A stretch of DNA of 64,000 nucleotides from Candidatus Dormiibacterota bacterium (GCA_003153125.1 PLWW01000078.1:30945-94944), one strand, 5' to 3'; counted from the stretch's first letter, positions 18,436-28,601 are shown. Program-made: numbers and translations. The notes: generated from the sequence alone by a model not told the origin.

Positions 18436-21210
18436 GTGTCCGCACCAGCTGACTTCGTCGCCTTCGACCTCGAGACCACCGGCCTGTCGCCGAAGGCGGA
18501 CCGCGTCCTCGAGATCGGTGCGGTGCGTTTCGACGCCGACATGCGCCGCATCGGCGAGTTGGAGATCGTCGTCGATCCCGGCGTCCCCATCCCCCTCGCG
18601 GTGCAACGCCTCTGCGGGCTCGGCGAGGCCGATGTCGTCGGCGCTCCGGCCCCGGTCGAGGGCGTCGCCCAGCTGGCGGACTTCTGCGACGGCGCCACAC
18701 TCATCGCTCACGGAGCTGGATTCGACGTCACCTTCTGTACCGGCCTCGCCCCCGAGGCGTTCGGCCGCCGCGCTGTGCTCGACACCCTGGAATTCGCGCG
18801 CATCCTCCTCCCGACCGCCGAGTCGCACAGCCTGCCGCGGCTCAGCACAGCCCTCGGCATCGAGCACCTCCGACCCCACCGGGCGCTCAGCGACGCGTCG
18901 GCAACGCACCTGCTCTTCGCGCACCTGCGTGCGGTGGCCGAGAGGCTGCCGGCAACCGTCCTCGCGGAGATGCGCCACGTGGCGGCGCGCGGCACCACGG
19001 ACCTGGCGCGGTTCTTCTCCACGGTGGTGCGCGGCGGCGGCGATGAGGGGCGCCACGCGTGGGCCGGGGCCCGTCCCGCACCATCGCAGGCGCCTCCGCA
19101 CACAGGCCCGGCGCCGGCCGATCTCGTGGCCGCGACCGCCGCCCTGCTCGGCCCCGACGGCCCCCTCGCCGCCGCGGACGGGGGCTACGAACTGCGCGAC
19201 GCACAGGTGCAGATGTCTCGCGCCGTGGCCCAGGCGCTGGTGCGGCGCCGCCGCCTCATGGTGGAGGCCGGCACCGGTGTGGGGAAATCGCTGGCCTACC
19301 TCCTTCCGCTGGCGATGCACAGTCGCGACGGGCGGCGAGGGGTGGTGGCCACGCGCACCGTGACCCTCCAGGAACAGCTCATGGAACGCGACCTGCCCAT
19401 GGTGGAGATGATCCTCGGCACCCGGGTCCCGGCCGCTCTGCTCAAGGGTCGCAACCACCAGCTCAGCCTGCGACGCTGGCAGCGGTTTCTACGATCTGCC
19501 GACTCCGCACCTCACGAGGGCGACATCGACAGGGTCCGCTTCACATTGAAAGTGCTCGCCTGGCTCGCGGAGACGGCGACCGGCGACCGCGCCGAGCTCC
19601 ACCTCAACAACCAGGACGAACCCTTCTGGCGCCTCGTCGAATCGGACGCCGGAGACTGCCTCGGCGCGGCGTGTGCCAACTGGCAGGACAACCGCTGTTT
19701 CATGGTGGCTGCCCGGCGAACTGCCGAGAAGGCATCGATCGTGATCACCAACCACGCCCTCCTGCTCGCCGACGCGGCCGCCGGGGGCCAGGCTCTCGGC
19801 GACCACGATGCTGTCGTCGTCGACGAGGCACACCACCTCGAGTCCGCGGCCACCGAGCAGTTCGGGGTGAGCCTGCGCGCCGCCGATGTGCTCACCGTCC
19901 TCCATCGGCTGGGCCCCGCCGAGGCCGAGCTCGGCGCCGCCCTGGAGGGCGCCGCAGAGGCGACGGCGCGGCTGTTCGGCGACGTCAAGGGGCGCATCGG
20001 CGAGATCCTCGGCGCCGACCACTCCGGCAACGCCACGGTGGCCCTGACGGCCGAGGTGATCGAGGGCCGCGGCCACGCCACCCTGCTCCGCTCTGCCGAG
20101 CTCGCGACCGAACGCTGGCGCGGCGCCGCCGCCCGGCTCCGCGAGCCCGACCATGCCACCTCGCTTCGTCTCGACCTCCTCCCGCAGCCCGACCGCGCCG
20201 ACGAGGAGCGGGGGCTGGCCGCCGACGCCCTCGAGGGACTTGCCGCCGCGGTGGAGCGTGTTCTGGTCCGCCCCCCTGAGGATCACGTTGCCTGGCTGGG
20301 CCTCCGCGCCGAGCAGGGCGAGCTGCACGAGGCACCGGTTGCCGTCGCCGACAGCCTCCGCGATGCCGTCTTCGCACGCGCCGACACGGTCATCGCCACG
20401 TCGGCGACGCTGGCAGTGGCCGGCGATTTCGGGTTCATGCGCAGCCGGCTGGGCCTTGACGGGGCCGACGAGGTGCTGCTCAGCTCTCCGTACGACTTCT
20501 TCGAGCAGGCGCTCTGCATTCTGCCCTCCGATGTGCCGCCCTACGACGACGCGGCGTACGACCGCGCCCTGGCGGCGCTGATCGGCGACGCGGCCGAGCG
20601 CCTCGGCGGCAGCACCCTGGCGCTGTTCACGGGTTACTCCCCGCTGCGCCGCGTCCACAGCCTGCTTGGCGCCCGGCTGGAGGCGAGTGGCATCGCCCTG
20701 CTCGGCCAGGGCCTGGACGGCACCCGCCGCCAGATCCTCGCCAGCTTCCTCGCCAACCAGCGCACCGTTCTCCTCGGGACCAACAGCTTCTGGGAAGGCG
20801 TCGACGTCCCCGGCGATGCGCTCCGCTGCGTGGTCATCGCCAAGCTCCCGTTCGCCGTGCCCACCGATCCCCTTGTCCGCGCCCGCACCGCGTCGCTCGC
20901 CGACCCCTTCGGCCAGTACGTTCTCCCGCAGGCGGTTCTGCGCCTCCGCCAGGGCTTCGGGCGCCTTATCCGCCATGGCGCCGACCGCGGCGCGGTGGTG
21001 CTCTGCGACGAGCGCCTGCGCACCCGCGAATACGGCGACCGTTTCCTCGCCGCGCTGCCCCCGGCGGCGGTGGCGACGCTGCCTGTCGCTGACGTGGGGG
21101 AAGCGGTGGCTGCGTTCGTCCTCGATCGCCGCCTGCCCGAGATGACACGGATGAGCCGTTCCAGCCGACAATCGGCGCAGGATCACGACATGGACGAGGA
21201 ACCCGCATGA
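18436..21210 (+). CDS. dinG: DinG-family ATP-dependent helicase with N-terminal DnaQ-like 3'-5' exonuclease domain
   Basis: N-terminus FVAFDLETTGLS...LIAHGAGFD (DEDD exonuclease). Then helicase motif I EAGTGVGKS, DEAH box VVDEAHHL, and a C-terminal SFWEGVDVPG...KLPF. Confidence 0.85.
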   Translation: MSAPADFVAFDLETTGLSPKADRVLEIGAVRFDADMRRIGELEIVVDPGVPIPLAVQRLCGLGEADVVGAPAPVEGVAQLADFCDGATLIAHGAGFDVTFCTGLAPEAFGRRAVLDTLEFARILLPTAESHSLPRLSTALGIEHLRPHRALSDASATHLLFAHLRAVAERLPATVLAEMRHVAARGTTDLARFFSTVVRGGGDEGRHAWAGARPAPSQAPPHTGPAPADLVAATAALLGPDGPLAAADGGYELRDAQVQMSRAVAQALVRRRRLMVEAGTGVGKSLAYLLPLAMHSRDGRRGVVATRTVTLQEQLMERDLPMVEMILGTRVPAALLKGRNHQLSLRRWQRFLRSADSAPHEGDIDRVRFTLKVLAWLAETATGDRAELHLNNQDEPFWRLVESDAGDCLGAACANWQDNRCFMVAARRTAEKASIVITNHALLLADAAAGGQALGDHDAVVVDEAHHLESAATEQFGVSLRAADVLTVLHRLGPAEAELGAALEGAAEATARLFGDVKGRIGEILGADHSGNATVALTAEVIEGRGHATLLRSAELATERWRGAAARLREPDHATSLRLDLLPQPDRADEERGLAADALEGLAAAVERVLVRPPEDHVAWLGLRAEQGELHEAPVAVADSLRDAVFARADTVIATSATLAVAGDFGFMRSRLGLDGADEVLLSSPYDFFEQALCILPSDVPPYDDAAYDRALAALIGDAAERLGGSTLALFTGYSPLRRVHSLLGARLEASGIALLGQGLDGTRRQILASFLANQRTVLLGTNSFWEGVDVPGDALRCVVIAKLPFAVPTDPLVRARTASLADPFGQYVLPQAVLRLRQGFGRLIRHGADRGAVVLCDERLRTREYGDRFLAALPPAAVATLPVADVGEAVAAFVLDRRLPEMTRMSRSSRQSAQDHDMDEEPA

Positions 21211-22178
21211 CCCTGACCGAGGCACGCCCCGCCGCGGATGTGGCGCCGGCGTCCGGCCCTCATGCGCAGCGGGCGGCGACGAGCACGGATGCCGAACGCA
21301 CCGACGTCATCGTCGCGCTCGCGCAGGTGGCGCCGCGACTCGGGGATGTCGCCGCCAACCTCGACCGCCACCTCGAGCTCATCGACCAGGCCGGGGCGGG
21401 CGGCGCCGCCCTCGTCGTGTTCCCGGAACTGTCGCTCACCGGCTACTTCCTCAAGGACCTGGTTCCCGAGGTCGCCCTGCGCGAGCAGAGTGACCAGTTG
21501 CAGACGCTGGCGGCGGCCTCGACGACGGTGGACGTGGTGGCCGGGTGTGTCCTCGAGAGCGACGACGCCCGCTTCTACAACGCCTCCCTCTACATGGCGG
21601 GCGGGCGCATCCACCACGTCCATCGCAAGGTCTACTTGCCCACCTATGGACTCTTCGACGAGGCCAGGTACATGGCCCAGGGGGATCGATTCCGAGCGTT
21701 CGCGGCCCCCCTGGCCGCCGCCGCACCCTCACGACCCTGGCAGGCGGGCATCCTCATCTGCGAGGACATGTGGCACCCGACCGCGGCTGCCCTGCTCGCC
21801 CGTGACGGCATCGAGCTGTTCCTCTGTCCCTCGTCCTCGCCGGGCCGCGGCGTGGTCAGCGGCCACGCCCTGGGCACCGCGCGCAGCTACGACGCCATGA
21901 CGCGCACCTACGCGCAGCTCTTCACGTCGTACCTCGTCTACTGCAACCGCGTCGGCTTCGAGGACGGGGTCGGGTTCTGGGGTGGGTCACGCGTGGTGGG
22001 CCCGGACGGCCGCCTCCTCGACGACCCCGCCGCCAACCATGAGCAGCTGGTTCTCCACCGCATCGACCGTGGCGCCGTGCGGCGCGCCCGCATCGCCAAC
22101 CCATTGCTTCGGGATGAACGACATGACGTCAACGACGCCGAGACAGACCGCCTCAAGGCCAGAAACACTCGCGATTGA
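21207..22178 (+). CDS. Carbon-nitrogen hydrolase (nitrilase superfamily), probable glutaminase partner of NadE
   Basis: ATGA overlap with din[12 protein letters not shown]...[15 protein letters not shown]...[10 protein letters not shown] (E-K-C triad context). Sits directly upstream of nadE. Confidence 0.8.
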   Translation: MTLTEARPAADVAPASGPHAQRAATSTDAERTDVIVALAQVAPRLGDVAANLDRHLELIDQAGAGGAALVVFPELSLTGYFLKDLVPEVALREQSDQLQTLAAASTTVDVVAGCVLESDDARFYNASLYMAGGRIHHVHRKVYLPTYGLFDEARYMAQGDRFRAFAAPLAAAAPSRPWQAGILICEDMWHPTAAALLARDGIELFLCPSSSPGRGVVSGHALGTARSYDAMTRTYAQLFTSYLVYCNRVGFEDGVGFWGGSRVVGPDGRLLDDPAANHEQLVLHRIDRGAVRRARIANPLLRDERHDVNDAETDRLKARNTRD

Positions 22179-22980
22179 CAGCGCCGTGGTCGGCGACATC
22201 CTCGTCGGCTTCGTCCGCAACGAGGTGCGCAAGGTCGGCTTCGAACGTGTCGTCGTGGGCCTGTCCGGGGGCGTCGACTCGGCCCTGAGCGCGGCCATCG
22301 CGTGCATGGCGCTGGGTCCCGACAACGTGCTGCCCATCCTGATGCCGTACCGCACGTCATCGTCCGCGTCGGAGGCGGACGCCCGGCTCGTCTGCGAGCA
22401 CCTCGGCATGACCCCGACTGTCATCGACATCTCCCCGCAGGTCGATGTCTACTTCGAGCGCTTTCCTGACGCCGACCGGGGCAGGCGCGGCAACAAGATG
22501 GCCCGCGAGCGCATGACCATCCTCTACGACATGTCGTGGGCGCACGGTGCGCTGGTGATCGGCACCAGCAACAAGACGGAGCTTCTGCTCGGCTACGGCA
22601 CGCTCTTCGGCGACATGGCCAGCGCGCTCAACCCTCTCGGCGACCTCTACAAGACCCAGGTTTTTGCGCTCGCTCGCAGCATGGATCTGCCCCGGACGGT
22701 CATCGACAAGGCCCCCAGCGCCGACCTCTGGGAGGGTCAGTCCGACGAGGAGGAGCTGGGCTTCGGGTACTCCCTCGTCGACTTGGTGCTCTACCACATG
22801 GTCGACGAGCGCTGCACCAAGGCCGAGCTTCGCAGCCTCGGTTTCGAGGATGCGTTCGTGGACGACGTGGCCCGCCGGGTGCGTGGAAGCCAGTACAAGC
22901 GGCGCCCGCCGATCATCGCCAAGCTCTCGGCCCGCACCATCGATCGGGAGTTCCGCTATCCCCGGGACTGGGGTACTTGA
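22114..22980 (+). CDS. nadE: NAD+ synthetase (NadE, ATP-pyrophosphatase domain only)
   Basis: [15 protein letters not shown] (SGGxDS PP-loop)...[17 protein letters not shown]....[12 protein letters not shown]. The first in-frame ATGs (22114, 22123) overlap the CN-hydrolase 3' end. Confidence 0.85.
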   Translation: MNDMTSTTPRQTASRPETLAIDSAVVGDILVGFVRNEVRKVGFERVVVGLSGGVDSALSAAIACMALGPDNVLPILMPYRTSSSASEADARLVCEHLGMTPTVIDISPQVDVYFERFPDADRGRRGNKMARERMTILYDMSWAHGALVIGTSNKTELLLGYGTLFGDMASALNPLGDLYKTQVFALARSMDLPRTVIDKAPSADLWEGQSDEEELGFGYSLVDLVLYHMVDERCTKAELRSLGFEDAFVDDVARRVRGSQYKRRPPIIAKLSARTIDREFRYPRDWGT

Positions 22981-23660
22981 GCACCGCAGGGGCGGGCATC
23001 CTCCACGTCGTGGCCACGCCGATCGGCAACCTGGAGGACATCACGCTGCGGGCGCTTCGCGTGCTGCGCGAGTGCGACGCCGTCGTGGCCGAGGACACGC
23101 GGCGCACCCGCCATCTGCTCACCGCGCACGGGCTGGCCCGCCAGCTGCTCTCCCTGCCGGCGCACGACGAGGCCGGTCGCGTGCCGGCGCTCGTCGGTCG
23201 GCTGCTGGCCGGGCAGACCCTGGCGCTCTGCACCGACGCCGGCACGCCGGTGGTCAGCGACCCGGGCAGCATGCTGGTCAGGGCCGCGCGCGCGGCGGGC
23301 GTCACGGTGGTGCCGGTGCCGGGTCCCTCGGCCCTGACGGCCGCGCTGGCCGGCAGCGGCCTGCGCGGCGACCGCGTCTGCTTCCTCGGCTTCCTGCCGC
23401 GCAGCCCGGGCAAGCTGCGCCGCACCGTGGAATCCGCGCTCGTCCTCGACGCCACCGTCGCCTTTTTCGAGTCGCCGCTGCGCCTGGCCCGGACCCTGGG
23501 TCTCATCGCACCCGGCTGCGGGGAGCGACCCGTGGTGGTTGCGAGGGAATTGACTAAAGTCCACGAGACCTTCCACACCGGCACCGCGGCAACGCTGGCG
23601 GAGTCGTTTGCCGCACATCCGCCCCGGGGCGAGTGCACCGTCCTCATCGGAGCCATCTGA
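22977..23660 (+). CDS. rsmI: 16S rRNA (cytidine1402-2'-O)-methyltransferase
   Basis: TTG 22977 overlaps the nadE stop. [34 protein letters not shown]...SDPG...VPGPSA...ARELTKVHE. Confidence 0.9.
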   Translation: MSTAGAGILHVVATPIGNLEDITLRALRVLRECDAVVAEDTRRTRHLLTAHGLARQLLSLPAHDEAGRVPALVGRLLAGQTLALCTDAGTPVVSDPGSMLVRAARAAGVTVVPVPGPSALTAALAGSGLRGDRVCFLGFLPRSPGKLRRTVESALVLDATVAFFESPLRLARTLGLIAPGCGERPVVVARELTKVHETFHTGTAATLAESFAAHPPRGECTVLIGAI

Positions 23661-23661
23661 C

Positions 23662-25206
23662 GTGACTCGACCGGCGCACTTCTACGTCACCGCGGCGATC
23701 GACTACGTCAATGGCAATCCCCACCTCGGCCACGCCTACGAGAAGATCGGCTGCGATGTGCTCGCGCGGCACCGCCGCCTCCGCGGCGACGACGTACGCT
23801 TCACTGTCGGCAGCGATGAGCACAGCCAGTCGGTGGAACGTGCCGCCCGGGCCGAGGGCCTGGCGCCCGCGGACTTCTGCACCCGTCAGGTCAAGGCCTT
23901 CACCTCGATGATGGACGCATTCGACGTCGAGCCCACGGCGTTTGTGCGCACCAGCAGCGAGGCCAACAGACGCACATCAGAGACGCTGTGGAGGGCCGTC
24001 GCCGAGTCCGGCAACATCTACAAGGACTGGTACAGGGCCTGGTTCTGTCCCTCCTGCGAACAGTTCTACACCGACAAGGAGATCGTCGCCGGGCTCTGTC
24101 CCATCCACGCCATCCCGGTGGAGTGGGTCGAGGAGCAGAACTGGTTCTTCCGGCTCAGCGCGTTCGCCGAGCCGCTCCTCGACCTCTACGAGCGCGAGCC
24201 CGGTTTCCTCGTGCCCGCAACGCGGCGCAACGAGATGCTCAACGTGATCCGCGGCGGGCTCACGGACATCAGCATCTCGCGCGGATTCTCGCAATGGGGG
24301 ATCCCTGTGCCAGGCGACGAGTCACAGGTGATCTGGGTGTGGCTGGACGCGCTCCCGGCGTACCTGACCGGGGTCGGCTATCCGGACGGGGACGAGTTCT
24401 CGCGCTTCTGGCCCGCCGACGTTCACGTCATCGGCAAGGACATCACCCGCTTCCATGCGGTCACCTGGCCGGCGCTCCTCATCGCCGCCGGTCTGCCCCT
24501 GCCCCGCGCCGTCCACGCCCATGGATTCATCACGCTGGCGGGCGAGAAGATGAGCAAGAGCCGGGGGATCTTCGTGGAGCCCATCCAGCTCGCCGACCAG
24601 TTCGGCAGCGACGCGGTGCGCTGGGTGCTGCTCAGCGAGATCCCCTTCGACCGTGACGGCGACTTCTCGGTGTCCAATTTCGTCGACCGCTACAACGCCG
24701 ACCTTGCCAACGATTACGGCAACCTTGTCTCGCGCACCACCAAGATGGTGCAGCGATATTTCGAGGGCCGGGTCCCGGCGATGGGACCGCGACTGCCGAT
24801 CGACGACGAGCTGCGCAGCACCGCGGCGCGGGTCGTCGGTGTCTACGACTCGGCAATGGACCGGTTGGAGTTCAGCGAGGGGCTGGCCGCGGCGCGCCAG
24901 CTGGTGGGCCGGGCCAACAAGTACATCGAGGAAACGGCACCGTGGACGCTGCACCGCGAGGGTGACGGCCGGCTGGCCACCGTGTGCGCCGAACTGCTCG
25001 AGGCGATCCGCGTCTCCACCATACTGCTCCACCCCGTGATACCACGGGCGACCGCGCGCGTCGCCGCCGAGCTCGGCATCAGCCTGGAGGGTGATCTCAC
25101 GGACGACCTGCGCGCCTGGCCCCGGCTGAGCCAGGGCGCACCGGTCGCCGTCGGTGACATCCTCTTTCCCCGGCTCGACCGCGAGGCCGTGCTCGGCGCC
25201 GCATGA
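23662..25206 (+). CDS. metG: Methionyl-tRNA synthetase
   Basis: FYVTAAIDYVNGNPHLGHAYE (HIGH-type), GEKMSKSRG (KMSKS), CPSCEQF...CPIH zinc knuckle. Confidence 0.95.
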   Translation: MTRPAHFYVTAAIDYVNGNPHLGHAYEKIGCDVLARHRRLRGDDVRFTVGSDEHSQSVERAARAEGLAPADFCTRQVKAFTSMMDAFDVEPTAFVRTSSEANRRTSETLWRAVAESGNIYKDWYRAWFCPSCEQFYTDKEIVAGLCPIHAIPVEWVEEQNWFFRLSAFAEPLLDLYEREPGFLVPATRRNEMLNVIRGGLTDISISRGFSQWGIPVPGDESQVIWVWLDALPAYLTGVGYPDGDEFSRFWPADVHVIGKDITRFHAVTWPALLIAAGLPLPRAVHAHGFITLAGEKMSKSRGIFVEPIQLADQFGSDAVRWVLLSEIPFDRDGDFSVSNFVDRYNADLANDYGNLVSRTTKMVQRYFEGRVPAMGPRLPIDDELRSTAARVVGVYDSAMDRLEFSEGLAAARQLVGRANKYIEETAPWTLHREGDGRLATVCAELLEAIRVSTILLHPVIPRATARVAAELGISLEGDLTDDLRAWPRLSQGAPVAVGDILFPRLDREAVLGAA

Positions 25207-26012
25207 CTGAGACGGCGGTGCGCCGCCCCCTCGTCGACACCCACTGCCACCTCGTCCTCCTCGACGAACGGGGCCTCCTCCACGCGGCGCTGGAGAGCGC
25301 GGCCGAGGCCGGTGTGGAGCAGATCGTCAGTGTCGGGCTGAACCTCGAGGACTCCGACCTCAACCGGCTCATGGCCGAGGCCCACGACAACGTCTGGTTC
25401 ACGGTCGGCTGGCATCCCCATGAGCGTCACGCCCCGGACGCGGCCCAGCTCCACGCCCTCGACGAACTGCTCGCCCACCCGCGCGCCGTCGCCGTCGGCG
25501 AGATCGGCATCGACCTCTTCTTCCGCCCCGGCTACCACGACACGCCTCTCGATGAGCAGCGGCGGGCCATGCACGCCATGCTCGACCTCGCCGCCGCGCA
25601 CGCCAAGCCGGTGGCCGTCCATGATCGCAACGCCCACGAGGAGGTGCTCGAGGTCCTGCGCAGTCACGCTCATGTGGGTGGGGTCATGCACTGTTTCAGC
25701 GGTGACGCGGCGTTCGCGCGCCGCTGCGTCGCGGCGGGCTACGCCGTCTCCTTCTCCGGGATCATCACCTTCCCCCGCAGCGAGCCCCAGCAGGCGGCGG
25801 CGCGCAGCCTCGGCGACAACGACTACGTGGTCGAGACCGACTCGCCGTTCCTCGCCCCCGTGCCGCACCGTGGCCGTCCCAACCTTCCCGGCTATGTCGC
25901 CGCCACGGCGGCGGCGGTGGCGGCTCTGCGCGGGGTCGACCCCGACACCGTCCGCGAGCAGTCCACGGCCACCGCGCAGCGCGTCTTCGGTCTTCCGGGA
26001 ACCCGTCGGTGA
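25203..26012 (+). CDS. tatD: TatD-family metal-dependent hydrolase
   Basis: LVDTHCHL...GWHPH...AVGEIGIDLF...VAVHDR.A...GVMHCFSG...ETDSPFLAP.P.RG..N.P. Confidence 0.9.
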   Translation: MTETAVRRPLVDTHCHLVLLDERGLLHAALESAAEAGVEQIVSVGLNLEDSDLNRLMAEAHDNVWFTVGWHPHERHAPDAAQLHALDELLAHPRAVAVGEIGIDLFFRPGYHDTPLDEQRRAMHAMLDLAAAHAKPVAVHDRNAHEEVLEVLRSHAHVGGVMHCFSGDAAFARRCVAAGYAVSFSGIITFPRSEPQQAAARSLGDNDYVVETDSPFLAPVPHRGRPNLPGYVAATAAAVAALRGVDPDTVREQSTATAQRVFGLPGTRR

Positions 26013-26875
26013 GCGACCCGTCGCCGGCACGCCCCGACCTCTGCGACTCGCGAACGCTGCACGCGGTGGCCAGACGGGTGGGACTGGTGGCCAGCCGGAG
26101 GATGGGCCAGAACTTCCTCGTGGACAGGGAGGTTCTCGACGACATCGTGGCCGCGCTCGACCCGGGACCTGACGACGACGTGTTCGAGATCGGCCCCGGG
26201 ATCGGCACCCTGACGGGCGAGCTCTCCCAACGGGCGCGCCGCGTGGTCGCGGTGGACGTGGATGAACTCTGCGTTGCCGCGACGCGGACCACACAGCGCG
26301 ATCGCGCCAATGTCACCGTGGTCGAGGGCGATGCCCTGCGCTTTGAGCCATCGGCGCTGGGGATGGGGGAGAGGTGGCTGGCCGCCGGCAACATCCCATA
26401 CAGCATCACCACGCCGCTGCTGACCCGGCTCTTCGAGATGGAGTTCCCACCGCAGCGCGGCGTGTTCCTGGTGCAGCGCGAGGTGGCCGCCCGGCTCGCT
26501 GCCGGTCCCGGTGCCTGGAGCCTGGCCACGGTGGCAGTGCGCAGCGTGGCCGCTGTGGAGCGTCTCCGCGACGTTGCCCCGGCCAGCTTCGATCCCGCCC
26601 CAGCGGTGCATTCGAGCCTGGTCCGCCTTCACCCCGCTCGGGTTCTCGATCAGCCGGCGCGCCAGGCCGCGCTCGACGTGGCGCGCCTCGCGTTCCAGAT
26701 GCGCCGCAAGACGCTGCGCCACGGCATCACCCACGCCGCCGGCGGTGACGAGCGCATCGGCATGGCCTGGCTGGCCGAGGCGGCGATCGACCCTGGGCGA
26801 CGCCCGGGCACCCTCAGCGTCGAGGAGTGGCACAGGATCGCGGTCGCCGCCCGTACCCTTGCGCCGCAGTCGTGA
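26009..26875 (+). CDS. rsmA: 16S rRNA (adenine1518/1519-N6)-dimethyltransferase
   Basis: GTGA overlap with tatD. GQNFLVD....D.IV........DDVFEIGPGIGTLT...GNIPYSITTP. Confidence 0.9.
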   Translation: MSDPSPARPDLCDSRTLHAVARRVGLVASRRMGQNFLVDREVLDDIVAALDPGPDDDVFEIGPGIGTLTGELSQRARRVVAVDVDELCVAATRTTQRDRANVTVVEGDALRFEPSALGMGERWLAAGNIPYSITTPLLTRLFEMEFPPQRGVFLVQREVAARLAAGPGAWSLATVAVRSVAAVERLRDVAPASFDPAPAVHSSLVRLHPARVLDQPARQAALDVARLAFQMRRKTLRHGITHAAGGDERIGMAWLAEAAIDPGRRPGTLSVEEWHRIAVAARTLAPQS

Positions 26876-28263
26876 ACGAACCGACCCCCCTTCTGCCGCC
26901 CGACGACGAGGTCGCACCCGCCGCGTCGCCGCGCCGCCTGCACGAGGCGCGGCCGGCGGTCCCCCCGCGCACCGACGACCGCCAGGGTTTCCGGGCCGTC
27001 CTCGCCCGCGGCGACTTCCGCCTCCTCTGGCTGGCCCAGGGCGCCAGTCAGCTCGCCGACAAGTTCCTCATGTTCACGCTCCTGATCGTTGTCTACGACG
27101 TCAGTCACAAGGCCTCGATCCAGTCGGTGCTGATGATCGCCTACACGCTGCCATCGGTCTTTCTGAGCGCGCCTGCGGGCGTGTACGCCGATCGCCACGA
27201 CAAACGCTCGTTGATGATCGCCACCAACGCGATCCGCGGCGGCCTGATCCTGCTCATCCCGATCATCGAGGCGCTGCCCGTCGTGGGCAACCAGGCCTGG
27301 CCGCTGATCGTGATCACGTTCCTGTTCAGCTCGGTCGGGCAGCTGTTCGCGCCGGCCGAGGCGGCGAGCATCCCGTCCCTGGTGCGTCGCGACCAGATCA
27401 TGGGCGCGACGTCGCTCTTCATGACGACCGTGATCCTCACCCTCGTCCTCGGCGTGCCGGCGGCGACGATCGCAATCCGCTTGGTGGGGGAGCGGGCACC
27501 CTTCTTCATCGCCACCGGGTTGTTCGTGCTCGCCGCGCTCTCGATCTGGCGGATCGGCACCCCGCTGCGCTCCGCGCGAAGCGCCGCCGACGAGGGGGCG
27601 AGCCTTCGTCACGAGCTGCGCGAGGGCATCACCCTGATCGCGCACAACCCCGCCATCCGCATCGGCCTGTACCAGCTCGCGATCGCCCTCATCGTGGTCT
27701 TCACGGTGTTCGCGCTCGGCCCCGTCTTCATGGTGCGCGAACTGCATCGATCGGACCGGGACACCTACATCGTGCTGATTCCGGCGACGCTGGGCATGGT
27801 GGCGATGGCGTCGCTGCTGGCGCAGAAAGCCGCCAATCGCTTCTCCAAGGCGGTGGCGCTGGTGGCCGCGCTGGCCGTCGGGGGGGCGTCGCTGGCGGCC
27901 ATCGGGGCGTCGCCGCCGCTGCTCCGCGCCCTCGGCGCCGGTGGCGCGGTCGTGCCGGTGGTTCTGGTCCTCAGCGGGGTCTTCGGATGTGCCCTCGGCG
28001 CCCTGCTGATCCCGGCGTTCACGGTCCTCCAGGAGAACACCAACGAGGAGACGCGCGGGCGCATCTTCGGGGGCATCTTCGCGGTCATCAACGCGGCGGT
28101 TGCCGTCCCCCTGCTTGTCGCCGGGATCATCGCGGACGCCGTCGGCGTGGCCGGCGTTGTGGCCGGGCTTGGCGTCATCATCCTGACCGGCGCCGTCGTC
28201 GTGAGGCTCGCCTTCTGGAAACGGCTGGCTGTGCTCGACGTGGTGATCGCTGCGCCGCGCTGA
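26872..28263 (+). CDS. MFS transporter
   Basis: GTG 26872 overlaps the rsmA stop. About 12 predicted TMs, FRLLWLAQGASQLADK and YADRHDKR motifs typical of MFS (EntS-like). Confidence 0.8.
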   Translation: MNEPTPLLPPDDEVAPAASPRRLHEARPAVPPRTDDRQGFRAVLARGDFRLLWLAQGASQLADKFLMFTLLIVVYDVSHKASIQSVLMIAYTLPSVFLSAPAGVYADRHDKRSLMIATNAIRGGLILLIPIIEALPVVGNQAWPLIVITFLFSSVGQLFAPAEAASIPSLVRRDQIMGATSLFMTTVILTLVLGVPAATIAIRLVGERAPFFIATGLFVLAALSIWRIGTPLRSARSAADEGASLRHELREGITLIAHNPAIRIGLYQLAIALIVVFTVFALGPVFMVRELHRSDRDTYIVLIPATLGMVAMASLLAQKAANRFSKAVALVAALAVGGASLAAIGASPPLLRALGAGGAVVPVVLVLSGVFGCALGALLIPAFTVLQENTNEETRGRIFGGIFAVINAAVAVPLLVAGIIADAVGVAGVVAGLGVIILTGAVVVRLAFWKRLAVLDVVIAAPR

Positions 28264-28385
28264 GCCTCGTCGCATCTCTGCAACGACGGCGTCGCGGTTC
28301 GATCATCTTCTGCTCGCCCAGCCGGCTCGATGCAAAGCTCCCGGCCACCCCGTGGGGCATTTGATTGGGACAGCCGGGAGACGAC

Positions 28386-28571
28386 ATGCGGGCCATCGTC
28401 ACGTGTGAGTGCTGCGGCCATCGCCAGGCGGTGGCACGGCCGATCGGGCAACCGGAGTCGTTCCACGTCGTCTGCCACGAGTGCGAGGGCGTGCTCAAGG
28501 TCGAGGTGACCGCCCATGACCTGAGCGTCGCTGAAAGGAGCGCCGGAGGCCCGAGAAAGGCGCGTGTCTAG
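28386..28571 (+). CDS. Small zinc-ribbon-like protein (CxxC...CxxC), unknown function
   Basis: SD GGGAG lies 5 nt before ATG 28386. 61 aa MRAIVTCECCGH...VVCHECEG... with two Cys pairs. Confidence 0.45.
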   Translation: MRAIVTCECCGHRQAVARPIGQPESFHVVCHECEGVLKVEVTAHDLSVAERSAGGPRKARV

Positions 28572-28579
28572 GCACGCGC
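28559..28579 (+). terminator. GC-rich hairpin spanning the stop codon of the zinc-ribbon ORF
   Basis: GGCGCGTG-tctag-CACGCGCC, an 8-bp perfect stem. There is no U-tract, so its function is uncertain. Confidence 0.25.
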
Positions 28580-28601
28580 CGGCCGGGGTCGGAGAGCACG
28601 G

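Noticed and set aside
22114-22178. Programmed frameshift fusing the CN hydrolase and NadE
   Set aside because: I saw no slippery sequence. The hydrolase has its own stop and NadE has in-frame ATGs. The idea cannot be supported from the sequence alone.
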